DNA of 64,000 nt, taken from the NCBI RefSeq assembly GCF_009914755.1, contig NC_060934.1; one strand, 5' to 3'. A program made the translations under genes and the position numbers. Under the pieces are notes generated by a model. The model was given only the letters and a program-made list of their open reading frames with translations. It was not told the DNA's origin and searched no databases. Origin of the DNA: the human T2T-CHM13v2.0 reference genome, Homo sapiens. This document shows, one piece after another, positions 1-13,250 of the stretch (position 1 is the stretch's first letter; the number at the start of each line of letters is the position of its first letter).

Positions 1-43
1 GGTGCCACTGCACTCCAGCCTGGGTGCAGTGCGAGACTCCATC

Positions 44-75
<32 letters not shown>

Positions 76-76
76 A
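1..76 (+). mobile_element. Alu 3' end (cut by the window edge) with (AAAT)n tail
   Basis: gccactgcactccagcctggg...gcgagactccatct followed by (aaat)n. Confidence 0.95.
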
Positions 77-1098
77 TGAACCAGCTGAGACTTAGTTCTT
101 CTTAGGAAGGTTCTAGGCTGTGGTGAGAACCCCTCTAATGCAGGGGTTCAGGCAGGCTTGAAATGGAGTCGCTGTTTCACAAAGGGAAAGAGAACAGATC
201 CGCCAATGAGAAAAGTTGATGGGGCAGAGGCCTCAGGCAAGGTCCAGACCCTGTCTTCAGAGTCTGTGAACATTTAAGGAGCTAAGACTTTCTTTATCTT
301 CCTGGAGTGTCCACCCACTAATATAGGGCAGGTTATGGTGAGGACTGTGAAAGACCCAAGAGCCCTGGAGCTCCCTGTGCGGCGGCTGAGGGTGTTCAGA
401 GGAGTGAGGGTTTGAACTGAGTTCAGAAGGAGAGTCAGCCTGAGCTCCGCTGAGCAAAGGCTCTGGGTGACTCTGCCGCTTACCTGGAGAGAACCGTTTT
501 GCCTCTGTCCGGCCATGTGAAGACCGGCTGGCTAGTGTAGGGGGCTCTTGGAAACCAGGTGGGTAAGAAACCAAGTAAACTAACTATTCTGTTGTTTCTC
601 CAAGAGGAGAAACAGCAGCCACAAAAACCTCAGCCCTCTGCAGAGCGAAGCTCCAAGAGCCCCTTTCACAGACACATAAATATTTAATAATCATCTGTCT
701 ACAACCAATCTAGGGGAAAAAAATCTTTAAATAGACTGCTCGAAAGGCCAAAACCTGAATTTTAATTGAGGTACTTTGAATTACTCCCATTAGTCAGTCG
801 CTCTGACTTTTTCTTAGTGAGGGCTGGATTGTTTTTGAAAGGGGAATCGAAATTATTAGCAGCCCTTAAAAAAAGAAAAAACCTGCTGATCCTACTAAAT
901 AATAAACTAGGCTTCTTTTTAAAAAGACGTGGCTTTCTAGGCTTCAAGCAAGAGGGGAAAGTAAGATGAGCCCCACATTTTAGAGATGCAATTTGAAAAG
1001 CAAGCGTTAAGGGCATTCAGATGCCTGGCTAAGCAGTTCCTCGGCAAAGCACTTCTGCAATGCTCCCTGGTCCTGCTAAAGTTTGCAGGATGGAGAAG

Positions 1099-1100
<2 letters not shown>

Positions 1101-1157
<57 letters not shown>

Positions 1158-1164
1158 TGTGTGT
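1101..1164. repeat. (GT)n microsatellite with a short (GC) interruption
   Basis: About 26 perfect GT units, then gcgc, then further GT units. Confidence 0.98.
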
Positions 1165-4100
1165 TTATATATTTATTTTCCGTCTCTCTGCCCCCTGGGC
1201 CTGCAGTCTTCTGTAGCCGATGTAACAATCCTCCTGGATGAACCTCTTGTATCTCATGCTAGCCAATTTCGACAGTCTAAAGTGCTCAAATTGAGCCATT
1301 TTGTTCTCTGTAAAATAAACCTCAGGCCATTATGCGTGGTTTTTCATTCACCCGCCTCCTTGTCACCCTTCCCTTGGCCCCTCTCTGCCCACCCTCCCCT
1401 CCTTCCCCATTCTCTCCTCTTGCTCCCCCTCTGACGAATGGGAGGGAAGCAGACATCCTTTAGGAGACCGCTGTTTTCAGTCCAGGCATGTCAACTTCAC
1501 TCTGGCACAATTTGCTTTGAGATCTGTGGCATGGAGCAGGGCTACAGGGTCACCCCCCAACCATAATTGATCTTGCTTATTCATCTGCTTCCTGCGTATT
1601 GCCCTCTCCCCATGCTGGCCTTTGTTTGGATAAATTGTTGGAAGATTTACTGTGGTGCTGAAAGCCACCTGCCCTGGTGTCCCCACCACCTCTTCCAGGG
1701 TGAGACGATAGAGTGGCACTTAGGGAAGAAAGTTCTCCCTTCTCCCCGCCATCCCAAACCTAGAGGACATCTCCTGGCATCACAATTCAGGCAATTTCCA
1801 GACTAATTTACTATGGAATCACTTTTCACGGCCCTTGTGCACCGGTATGAGAAATGTTAATTGGTGTGTGAGCCTGAGATGCTCTTCCAAAGGATTTATC
1901 GTCAGAATCAGAGGAGGGGAAGGGGAGCCGAGGCCGTCTTTGTGATGGCTTGGAGGCTGCACTCACTCGCTTCAGATTATTTTTAAAACCAATGGTCATG
2001 ATGGATCTGAATCCAGTAATTTATTCGATTTTGGGTCATTAACCCTTGTTCTGCTTATGGCAGCAAATGACTTCATCGTCAGAGATGATGAGTGTTCCGA
2101 ACTGTGGGGATACTTGGCTCTCTCGAGCTCTCATCTGAAAATCAATTTTAAGCAAGTGGCAGGCATTAGAAATCCTCTCTGCTTATAGGTTTCTGCAGCA
2201 TTGCCTCTAGGATTTGAAGAAGCAGGGAGGGCGGGGGCCGGGGAGAAGCCTCTGGAAAACTCCCATTGCCGGGGTGTTTGCGTTGGGGTGGCTAATGTCC
2301 TAAGAAGGCTACACAATAGACTGTCAAAATGGTTCTTTCAGAGTGGGGCATGGATCACAGTTTAGAAATGGGGGAAAAGGAAGGAAAGGAGCAGGCCTCC
2401 ATGGAGTGATCCTGCCTGTAGACTGAATAAAATAGCTTGAAATCATTGTTTTGATTCCCATTGACTGAAGGCTGGAGGGGCTTTACTGGTTAAGCTTTTA
2501 AAGCCGCAGCAGTTTAAACACTTTTTTTTTTGCCTTTTTTGCCTGCTGCACCCTTTCTCCAGTTGACTTTGAAACACATTAACTCATCTTTGGAAAAACA
2601 AAAAACAAACACTGTTTGCCTTCAATTCCGAGGCTGGCTTCTCTCTTGAGGTGTTATATAAATAGGTGGCATCATCCAGCATCACTGTGCAGGGCACAGG
2701 GGACTGGCGTGGCCAGTGCCAACCTGCCTCCCACCGGGTACACACTCCCATGGCTGTCCACACTGCAGTCCTCTGCCATGCTGGACAAACTGGCTGGCAG
2801 TGTTTCGGATCAGAGAATTTCTTCCCTGCCTCTGAAGATGGAAGCAATGTTTGATGGGTGTTGGAGAGCTCTCTGAGAAAGGGCCCATCTTTAAGCACTG
2901 CCCATGTGAGCCTGTGTTTTCCTTAAACATAGTCATGGGAGATCCTTTCCACTGCTGACTTTTTAAGTTGAAATATTTAGGGAGAAAATATGAGTTCTTA
3001 GAAACTTTTAAGTGGAAGAGATTTAGTAATGATTTAGCCAATCCCCTTATTTTTTTGCAGATGAAGAGCCTATGGCATAGATATATCAAGTTCCTTGTCC
3101 AAAATCACACATACTGCAGGGAGCAGAAGTGATCCTGAACCCAGGTCTCCTGAGCAGTGGAGTACCTGGGGTAGGGATGGCAGCAGGTTGCTCAGGTGCA
3201 GGTAATAAGGGACTGCACTGTCTGCAGGGAATTTACAAACAATAACAAAGCCCCTCACTCTGCTTTTAATGACCACCATGAGCTGATTCTCAACAATGTC
3301 AGAGCTAAAAACACCCCTTTCTGCCAAGGTAGGTGCTCCCACTAGCCCCCTCCCCACCTCTTTGGGACCCCCACTGCTTCTGACTCCCAGTTCTGTGTTT
3401 TTCTCACTACACTAAGATGCATCCCTCATCAAATAGCAACCAAACAAAAAAACAACCTTATGTTAGAAGTTCCCTGCTTCTTTTGGAATTAAGTAAGGAA
3501 AATAGCCTTTTGATGAGCTCACATTAGCCAGGAATGGTGCAGAAAAGTGTGATGTCTTAAAATTCGAAGCTAGGGGGCCCCTAAAAAAGAAGTGTTGGGA
3601 TTTGTTGGCTCTCTCCTTGCCTGCATCCCTCTGACATGTGAGTGTGGATTGCGGGCCAGGAGCTCGCAACCTTGCTCTAGGTAGATTCGACAGAGCCAGG
3701 GACTCTCTGCGTTACCTTCCAAACCTAATTCTCTCCCATGTATCATCAGAGCCTAGGGGGAACCTCCCAGTGGTCTGAGGGCCTGACCAGCTTTTATGTG
3801 TGTCTCTTTGTGGTCATCTCGGCCAGACTGGTTGCTATCCAGGTTTTTCTTCTCCTCCGCAGCCGCTCCCTGAAATGGGTGGGTAAATATCCCAGTCTGA
3901 CTTCAGCTGCCGAGTCATCAGTCCTGACAGACGGCTGCCTCTTTGCCGAGCAACCCCCCTCACTGCCTCCTCCCCCAGCCCCTCATTTCATCTTCCCCCT
4001 GTCAGAACTCACCCTCTGGCAGAAATCTTTTCCGAGAGCTAAATGTGAGCCTCAAAGAGATGCCGTCAAGGTATTTTTCATAATTTTCAAAGGTAATTTC

Positions 4101-4421
4101 CTTCCCTCTCCCCCACCCGCCTTCTCTCTGTTATAATTATGTCTTAGCAGCTCCCCAAATCAGCATAGCAGCCAAGTTCCCTCCCCCTGAAGGTGGCCGC
4201 CTTTTCTCGCACAACAGTCCTGGGAAAAGGCCTTGGAGAGCAAGGCTAGGGAGCCAAAGGCTTCCTCACCATTGCATTGAGAGGCAAGCTGGTGGCCTTA
4301 CTGTCCCGGGATGAAGGAAGACTTAAAATGGCTTTGTGTCACTTTTGGTCTAGAGAGTCCACTGTACCCTGAGGTATTTCCCTAAGTGCCAGGTCCATGA
4401 TGGTGTTTAGGGTACTCTTAA

Positions 4422-4732
<311 letters not shown>

Positions 4733-7700
4733 TATATCCATATTTTTAAGAGTAGGCAACATCCATTCCAGGACATTCTCTGCAGTTTCTTTACCCTCCC
4801 ACTCCCCCTCTCATGCCTCCTTACTCTCTCAGGAAGGAGCCAAGGAAAGAATTCCTCTTTCTCCCTGAATCCTGACCTCTGTCACCTCTGAATCCTGCCT
4901 GTGGCTGGCCCTCAACAGGTGGCCTGGCCACAGGAACGGGAGGAGGACTGGCCTGTCTCAGGCCCTCTGCAGAGATGCAAGCATGGCCAGCCCTGGCTGA
5001 ACGGAGATCCTGAGGGTAAATTATCTTCCACTAGGAATCCTGAGACTTGACATTCAAAAATTCTATTCATTGAAAACAGACTAGCCCTGAAAACCTGGTT
5101 TAGTAGATAAAATCTGTAACCACAAGAGGATAAATCGAGTTTGGCTTGTTTGTACTGGTCTAACTTAATATGATCTCCCTTGGAGTTTCCAGCATCTAGA
5201 TTTTCTAGATCATTAAATCCATTACTTTTCAGTGTTAACTTTTTTTTAGGAGGATGGGGTAGAGAGTGGATATATTTTTTAGTGGCATCCCACACTAATT
5301 GTGGGAGCGTCATCAAAGCTCATTTTGGGTGTGAAGTGACTAATTTCTAAGCCCAGGGGTTCTGAAGGAGGATTTTCATCCATTTATCACAAAAGACCCC
5401 AACAGCCAGTCAGGAAAGGGGTCTGCTGGCTATAGCCACTGGTGTAGTCCACCCAGAAGAATGAGGAGAGGGGCCACTTCCAATCCCCTAAAAATACTGA
5501 ATGCCAGGATGAGGGGTGTGGGAATGTGGCCATCTCGTCTCCCGTACCTCTGGATGCTCTACGGGGCCATGGAGCCATTGCTGTGAGCCAGTGTGTGACC
5601 ATGAGCGAGTGGGCCACCCCCTCCATCCTCAGTTCCTCCATGTGACTAGTGGAGCAGATCTCACCTGCCTCTCAGGGTGAGTGGGCGAGGCAGACGAGGG
5701 CTGCATGTGAGGATCGTGTGCAAGTCTTAAGTGCTCATGAAAGTAGCCATCACCATTTCCTTAAGATTAACGCCTCCGAGCCTCAGTCTTCATTGTTTAG
5801 GAAAGGGATTCTGTGTGATTGAGATTTTAACACCATGTGCCCTTCCCCTGTGGAGTGGTGGCATCTTAAAGAGTGAATATTTTGTTCCAGCTCTATCCTC
5901 CAGGGATTGGCTTTGGGCAGGTGGGGCAAAACATGGGGCCAAGTTCTTTACTCTGAGGGGAGATGCATAGGCACATCCCTGACTTCCCATGTCTCCAGAT
6001 TGCATGGGATGGAAGGAGGAGACCAGAGGTGAGGGCAAGCCATGCTGGATAGTGTCCTTCCCTTTGCTCCCTTCCCAAAGTCCAGGATAGGAGGAGGAGG
6101 AGGGAGTGAGGCTGGCCGTAGAACTCCAGGGCCTATGTGAGAAGACTGTCACACTCTAGGGTTAGGGGCAGGGTCTGAGTGCAGTTCAGGGTTGCCAGGT
6201 TGTCAGAATGGCTTGGAGAGGAGCAGCAGCCTTGCCCAAAGCTGGTTCCTGGAGCGCAGTTAAGTAAAGTCCTGCTGTCAACATTGGGCTTCTGTTTACC
6301 GGTTGTTCAAGCCCTTGGTCTGCACTGGGTTCCTCTCCTCGATGGACCACTGTCTTCCAACCAGAGTTTTCAGCCACTGCACTTTGTCATCAGACATAGC
6401 TGCAGGCCACGGTGCATCTCAGAAGCCCATGTCAGGGCTATACTTTTGTTCCAGGACAGAGCTCACAGCCCAGATACAGCATGAGAGCTTTCATGTCCCA
6501 CTCCTATGGTGAAGAGCCAATGGGACCCTAGTGCACTTGTTCATTTCATTGTGAATTTGAATCCATGGCTGTGTGTGTGTATCGGGGGTTGGGGGGTGCT
6601 TTCCTCCGAGTCTTTTTTAAACTTTAATAAGATGGTTCTTTAATTTTTGGCATTATCCTTTAAATACATAGTCCTTTTGGCTCTTCCCCCGACCCCTGTA
6701 ACCCCTCCAAACAATTATAAAGCATAGGAACAAAGCGGGCTGGGATGTAAGTTGTGCAACTGGTCAGTTCACAACGAGGCAGTGCGTGCATGCACACATA
6801 TGCATGTATGTGCGTGTGACAGACACTGAGTTAAACTCCTCATCATTAAGTGGTGTCCTTCCTTGGGCACCAGAAGACACTACACAGTGTCTTTTCCTGC
6901 ATAATTGGACTGTCTTTTCATACAAGCTGAGGCGCTTCTTTCGGGATATAAGCCCATGCAGTCTCAACAGGTCAGGAGCGATAGTAAAAACCTGTTGTCT
7001 GGCTTTGTATTTGGAATAATGGAGTCACTAATCTACTTGATCTGGCCAAGTCAGATAAAGGAGAAAGTGAGGGATGCCTGTGCTTCAGAGATGGAATGTA
7101 TTTGTAAAAGCGATTTCTTTGCGGGAGGGGGAGAAGGGGGAGACACATAGGAAAAAAAGGGAGCAAAGACTGTTGGAAACCTTTTAATTAGTACTAATTA
7201 CCTCAGCAGAAAATGTTGGAAGCTTAAAGGATTTGTGTCAGCAAGTGAAAGATCAAAGATTGCTAGGCTCGCATTTTAATCTGTTGGCTATAAAAAGGAG
7301 TGAGGGGGGTGGTAATGGGACCCAGGAGAATGGCTGCCCAGGTGGCGCTGTCCTTAATCCCTTCTTTACTGCTGCAGCCCCAGGCCTAGTCCCAATTACA
7401 TAATAAGATGATTTAATTTTTTTTTTTTTTTGCTTTGACTTTAACTGGATGTAGAAAAGAGGAAGGGTCATTTTTCTCCCCTTCAGTGAGGATGGGGTGG
7501 GGCTTCTGATGGTAGACTTGGTAGCTGCACAATCCCTTGTTTGATTTCCCTAATCAGCAAAATGACATTTTAATTTCAAATTAAAACAACAACCACCAAC
7601 CCACACACAGAAGAGCGCTCTTTAAGGATAAAAGGGTCTGTGGGTATACAAAGAAAGTGAGGGCCTTTGGTTGGTTGAGCTGTGGTTGGGCATACCTGGG

Positions 7701-8169
7701 GCAACAGGTAAAATGTGTTAATAGAAAGCTCCACTTACTGGGTTCATCACCATGACAGTTCCTTACAAGTCCAGTAGGGCAGGGACAGAGGGAGGTGGGG
7801 GGGAAGGCCGAGGAAGAGTGGAGTTGACAAGCCACACCACCCATCTTAGAAGGCCTCTGTGTTTCTCTCTGTCACCACCCTATTTTCTTTCCTTTCAGAA
7901 TGGATTAGGCTGGGGCAAGGGCTGTTAGCAGACCCCATTGGTGCTCTGCCCATATTCCCTTGGCAATCACCATTCTTGTGCATTGCCAACCTGATGGCTT
8001 CCAACTACAGACACCTGCAACTCTATTCTCTGGCTGCTTGAACCTTCTCAGCCCTCAACCAATGACTGATGGCAGGAGGTTGGTTAATATCCCAGCTCCC
8101 TTGTCCCTAACTGAGATGTCACTGAGAAGTGATCCACATTACATCCCATACCATTCTAGAGAAGAAGTT

Positions 8170-8436
8170 GGTGGTCAACTGCTGGTCAGCCCAATATGGT
8201 CTGCTGTTTCTGTTTAAAAAAAAAAAGTATATATATATATATATAATTATATATATATATATATAATTATATATATATATAATTATATATATATGGTAAC
8301 ATTGTTATGCCTATTCATTTACATATTGTCTATGACTGCTTCTACATGGAGCTGAGTCTTAACAGAGATCATATGACCCACAAATCCTAATATATTTACT
8401 ATCTGGCTATTTACATAAAAAGTTTGCTGATCCCTG
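8170..8436 (+). mobile_element. MER58A (hAT-Charlie) containing an expanded A/(TA)n tract
   Basis: attcatttacatattgtctatgactgcttc...atatttactatctggctatttacataaaaagtttgctgatccctg matches the recalled MER58A consensus. Confidence 0.75.
8216..8294. repeat. A-run plus interrupted (TA)n microsatellite
   Basis: (TA)n blocks separated by AATT. Confidence 0.95.
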
Positions 8437-9278
8437 ACCTTACGGGGTTAAACCCAGCTGCCCTTAGCAGTAACCCACCTCATACTATATCCTTTATTGA
8501 CATCTTTCCCTTTTTAATCTCACTTTCTGGTGTTTTGTGTGATCACTTCCCAAATAAATGACTTGCTCTCACATCCTCACTTCAAGATCTGTTTCTAGGA
8601 ACTCCAGCTTAACATCATATGCCCATATACACACCAAAAGGACAGAATCCCTGCAGATAGTGCTGGTTCATCCCATTTCTTCCAGAAGCCAAGGTTGACA
8701 CCATCAGAAACATAATGAAACAAAATAGCAGTTCAGCTTGGAGAACTCAAAAATGCTTTAACATACTGCCTCTCTGACTGAAGGATCTGTGCTCAAGCCA
8801 TTGAACCTCTTTGTTCAACAACTTAGGCTCCTTCTAAAGCTTAGGCTTTAGGAGATAGGCTGCAGGAAAAATCTAGAAGGAAGCCTGTATGGTAGAATGG
8901 AGGCCCACTGGCTCTGGATCAGTGAGCGTGGCTCAGCCCTCTGGGGTGTGGCACTTTGTCTTCATGGGAGGCGTGACCTAGAGTGGCCAACTATTAGAAG
9001 GCTAGCCTCCTGGCTGCAGCATCTAAATATCCACTCCCTCTAGGAAAGGCTACCAGAGAAGGTTTCAGGCCCAGACCTCCTGACGTTTAGCTTATGTCTC
9101 TTCAGAATCATATATGTAAATGTAAAGCAACTGCCATTCAAAATCTGATGTACAGTCCCTCCTTGTGTATTGTCTTCTTGTATCTTCAGTTAGTTAAGTT
9201 TGATACCCATTTATCATGAGGCCAGAGAGGGACTTGGTTGGAAGATTGAAGAAATAGATGCCCCGGCACTTTGCCAGG

Positions 9279-9825
9279 TGTATTAGTTATCTATTGCTAA
9301 GTATCAAATTGCCCCCCAATTTAGCAGCATATAACAACAAACATTATTTATCACACAGCTTCTGTGGGCCAAGAGTTTGGATGCAGCTGAACCCAAGGTC
9401 TCTCACAAGCCTGTGGTTAAGGCATGGAACAGGGCTGCAGTCCTGTCAAGGCTTCCCAGGGAGGATCCCTTTCCAAGCTCATTCACGTGATTGTGGGTGG
9501 GATTCGGTTCCACATGAAACTAAGGCCTCACTTTCTTGCTGGCAGTTGGTTGGAGACCTACCTCGGCTCCTTGCCACATGGACCTCTCCATAGGACAGCT
9601 CATGACTTGGCAATGAACAAGGGAGAGAGAAGGAGAGGCCCAGAAAGACAGAAGTCAGTGTTTTTGTAATCTTATCTTAGCAGTGATATCCATCACGTCT
9701 GCAGGATTCTGTTCATTAGAAGCAAGTCGAGAGGTCCAGCCCACACTCAAGTGGAAGGGGTTACAGGGCTGTGACTACCAGGAGGGAGGGATCACTGGGA
9801 GTCATCTTAGAAGATGCCTGACACA
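9279..9825 (-). mobile_element. MaLR LTR (MLT1F-like)
   Basis: Starts tgtattagttatctattgct...aacaacaaacattattt, ends gggagtcatcttagaagatgcctgacaca. Confidence 0.75.
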
Positions 9826-11080
9826 CCATCAGCTATCAATCTGAACATGCCACTATGCTGGTATCATTTAATAATGAGGTACCCACTTAGACAGATTTCA
9901 TTGGCTATCTTTAATCATTAAATAGTATTAGCTACTTTAGAATAAAATCTTTCTGAAACTTCTATTACCAACTCCTCTGTTTTCTTAAAGAGGTTACACA
10001 AAATGTACTTTTATGATTTTCAAGTCTCATCTCAGAATCTACTTCTTTGAAATTGTCATTCTTGGACTTCTAGCCTAAAGTAATCACTCCCTCTGGGTTC
10101 TTGTAGCACTTATTTTCTATATTGTTTATGTGGCATATAATCATATATTGCTTTGTGACAGTTCTATTGTTATCTTGAGTTACTCCTTGAATCTTGTATT
10201 GTTTAATTTCCACACGTCGACATCTTGTCTCTCCATAAGAATTATAAACAATTTAAGTGCAGCAGTTGTCTAATACTTCAGATAAAAGCAACTGCAATGG
10301 AGGTTTTATTTAAATATATGTTGACTTTTTTCCTTTGATGATGTTGATTTCTGATTCATGATGGTGATTCTTTTAAGGCTACTAAGAAAATAGCTTTAAA
10401 AGGGTAAAATAGTCTAAAAAAGGTATATTACTCATTGCCCTTACATTGGGTGGCCCAAATACTCTGATTTTTTTTTTTTTTAGTTTTGGTTTATTTATTT
10501 TGGTAGGTGGTTTTGTTTTAGTTTTTAATCTGTTTTCCTTTAGTGTTAACATAATAACCATTGCTTTTCTCCCTTTTCTCTATTTTGGCCAAGAATTGGG
10601 ACTAGATTCTTGAAATACTGCTTTAACCGAGTTTTCTGACTAAATGCTTATGATCTTCTGTAACATCCTGATTTTGTGACATCATCATTGGGACTGAGAG
10701 GCAGAGGAAAAAGGAACACACCTTTATTGAACACTGACTTTATGCCAGGCGTTATTCACTTACCTCTAGGTTCATGACTGTGTTTCAGAGAATGAAGATG
10801 GATTCAAGTGTGAACTTCAGATAAATAGTGTGCTGTACTTTTATAGTCTGAATGATGGTCATCTTACACTAGGAATCAGAGGCCAGGTCTTAGGAAAAGA
10901 GAATAAAAATAAATGGGTTTAAGGAGGTTGGATTTGACCGCCGCATCAGTGCTCAGGGTCCTCAGTTCGTAATACCTGGCTCACACAGCTGCTTGGGATG
11001 TTGCCTCCTTGTGAAACCACTTCCTTAGGCCTGGATGAGAACCTTGGCATTTCTTATAAGAATAGTAGTAACTTAGAAGT

Positions 11081-11612
11081 TGTATATGGGCTGAATTGTG
11101 ATCTTCTTCCAAATTCATACTTTGAAACCCTAACCCCCAGTACCTCAGAAGGTGACCTTACATGGAAATAGGATTGTTGTAGATATCATCAGTTAAGAAG
11201 CGCTCATACTGGAGCAGGGTAGGCCCCTATTTCAATACGACTGGTGTCCTTGTAAAAAGAATGCCATGTGAAGAGATGCACACATGTGTGGGGCGGACGC
11301 CGCATGAAGGCCGGAGTTAGGCTGGAGCAGATCCCGCGCGAAGGCCAGAGTTAGGCTGGGCCAGAAGCCACACGAAGGCTGGAGTTAGGCTGGGGCAGAC
11401 GCCATGTGAAGGCTGGAGGTAGGCTGCATGCCACCAGAAGCTAGGAGAGAGGTCTGGAACAGACCCTCCCCTAGTGCCTTCAGAGGGAGCGTGGCCCTAC
11501 TGATACCTTGATTTCAGCTTTGTCCACTCTAGGAATGTGAGACAAATTTATCTTGTTTTAAGCCACCCAGTTGGTGGTACTTTGCAACAATAGCCCAAGG
11601 AAACTAATTTCA
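11081..11612 (+). mobile_element. MaLR LTR (MLT1B/C-like) with an internal tandem array
   Basis: tgtatatgggctgaattgtg...ccccagtacctcagaaggtgacc...ttttaagccacccagtt...ggaaactaat. Confidence 0.85.
11290..11425. repeat. 34-bp tandem repeat, 4 copies
   Basis: Units at 11290, 11324, 11358 and 11392; consensus ggggcagacgccnnnnGAAGGCyGGAGTTAGGCT. Confidence 0.92.
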
Positions 11613-12310
11613 CAGGAGATGTTTCTGGCCTGGATTTGAGTCTGCTACACCTCATGTTCTGTCCTTGGTCCTGAATCAGTCCCCTTGTTTTCTGTCCGAG
11701 GTCTCCCATTACCTTCAGGAGTCTCCATTCTCTAAAAGGTGTCTGTGTGGGAAGGTATCTTCCTGTGGTAGTTCCAGCCCAGTTGCTACTTCCCATGGAG
11801 AAAGTAGCCCATCAACGGTGATGAAAATGACTTCCTACACTCAGGCAGCTGTGTTGGGGCAGATCTGAAATCTCTGAGGGACAGCCCATTTGGCATGGGG
11901 TATTTTCCTGGGCTGCTGTGGCTTCCAGGGCAGATGTGCAAACACATCTGTGAAAGTTCAGGGCCCCTGAGAGCTAATGAGAGCTGAAGCTTCAACCTGC
12001 TTGATATGTTTGCTGTCACTTTCTTTTCTAGTGACGTTGGAGAAGGGAAAAGTCATGCAGTCTGTCAATCTTGTCTTCTCCCATGAAATTGAGAAAGTTC
12101 TATTACTTTCCTCGTGAAGACTGACATCTGTGCCATCTCTTCCACCACTGTGGGGGCTCCTTCCTAGATCACGATTTGGGCCAATAGGATTTAGCTGTAA
12201 CCCTTGGCAGCTGTGGAAGACAGCTTGCCAGAACAGTTGTCAGAACTCAAAGGAAGCAGAGCAGTTTGCCCGACAATAGACAGAGCAAAAGTCTTATCCT
12301 CGATCTAATC

Positions 12311-12522
12311 CAGGGTTTCTTAACCTTGACACCAGTGACACTTTGGGACAGATAATGTTTGTAGTCAGGGCCTGTCCTGCATATTGTATGATGTTTATCA
12401 TCATCCCTGGCCTCTGTTCACTAAATGCTAACAGCACCACCCAGTCATGACAATCAAAAATGTCTTCAGATGTTGCCAGAAGTCCCTTGGGGAACAACAT
12501 AGCCCCCACTTGAGAACCACTG
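12311..12522 (+). mobile_element. MER20 (hAT-Charlie) with perfect 8-bp TSD
   Basis: Terminal inverted repeats cagggtttcttaa...ttgagaaccactg; TSD ATCTAATC at 12303-12310 and 12523-12530. Confidence 0.92.
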
Positions 12523-12686
12523 ATCTAATCCCTTCAAATCACCGTAGGGATCTCTGGGGGATTTTGCAGTGGTCTCGGGAAAATGCACAGACATGTCGTA
12601 TTAGGAAGGGGTAGTTTTGGGTAATTGCAAGGTAGTTGAGGACATTTAAGGGAATTGTACAAGGCATAAAGATGTCAGGCTTCTGA

Positions 12687-12990
<304 letters not shown>

Positions 12991-13119
12991 CTGGAGACTC
13001 TTAAGACATAAAGTGAAAAGAAGCTTCAATCAATGCATAATCTTACAGATTTTAAATGTTCAGATTGTTCAGCTATTGTGATTATGTTACCAAGGGGTTA
13101 CTGTTTGCTGGCAAATAGG

Positions 13120-13250
13120 TAGGGTAACTTTCATCACAGTTTGCCCAGGACAGTTTTAGTTTACGCCATTTTCCTGGCATAATCAGTAGTAGTGTCCCCT
13201 TTATTCTAGGAAGTATCCCAATTTAGACAGCAAATTTTATGGTCATCTTA
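13120..13250 (-). mobile_element. MER94-like hAT-Blackjack MITE
   Basis: Inverted termini tagggtaac...tatggtcatctta; internal cagtttgcccaggacag and tcccaatttagacagcaaatt. Confidence 0.65.

Larger units (their letters stand above)
7990..8595 (+). mobile_element. Old ERVL LTR (LTR16-like), split by a MER58A insertion
   Basis: ctcaaccaatgactgatggcaggagg...cccagctccc on the left; cccaaataaatgacttgctctcacatcctcacttcaagatctgtttctaggaac on the right resembles the LTR16 3' end; boundaries approximate. Confidence 0.6.

Noticed and set aside
986-1434. ORFs with CVCVCV runs
   Set aside because: Artefact of the (GT)n microsatellite
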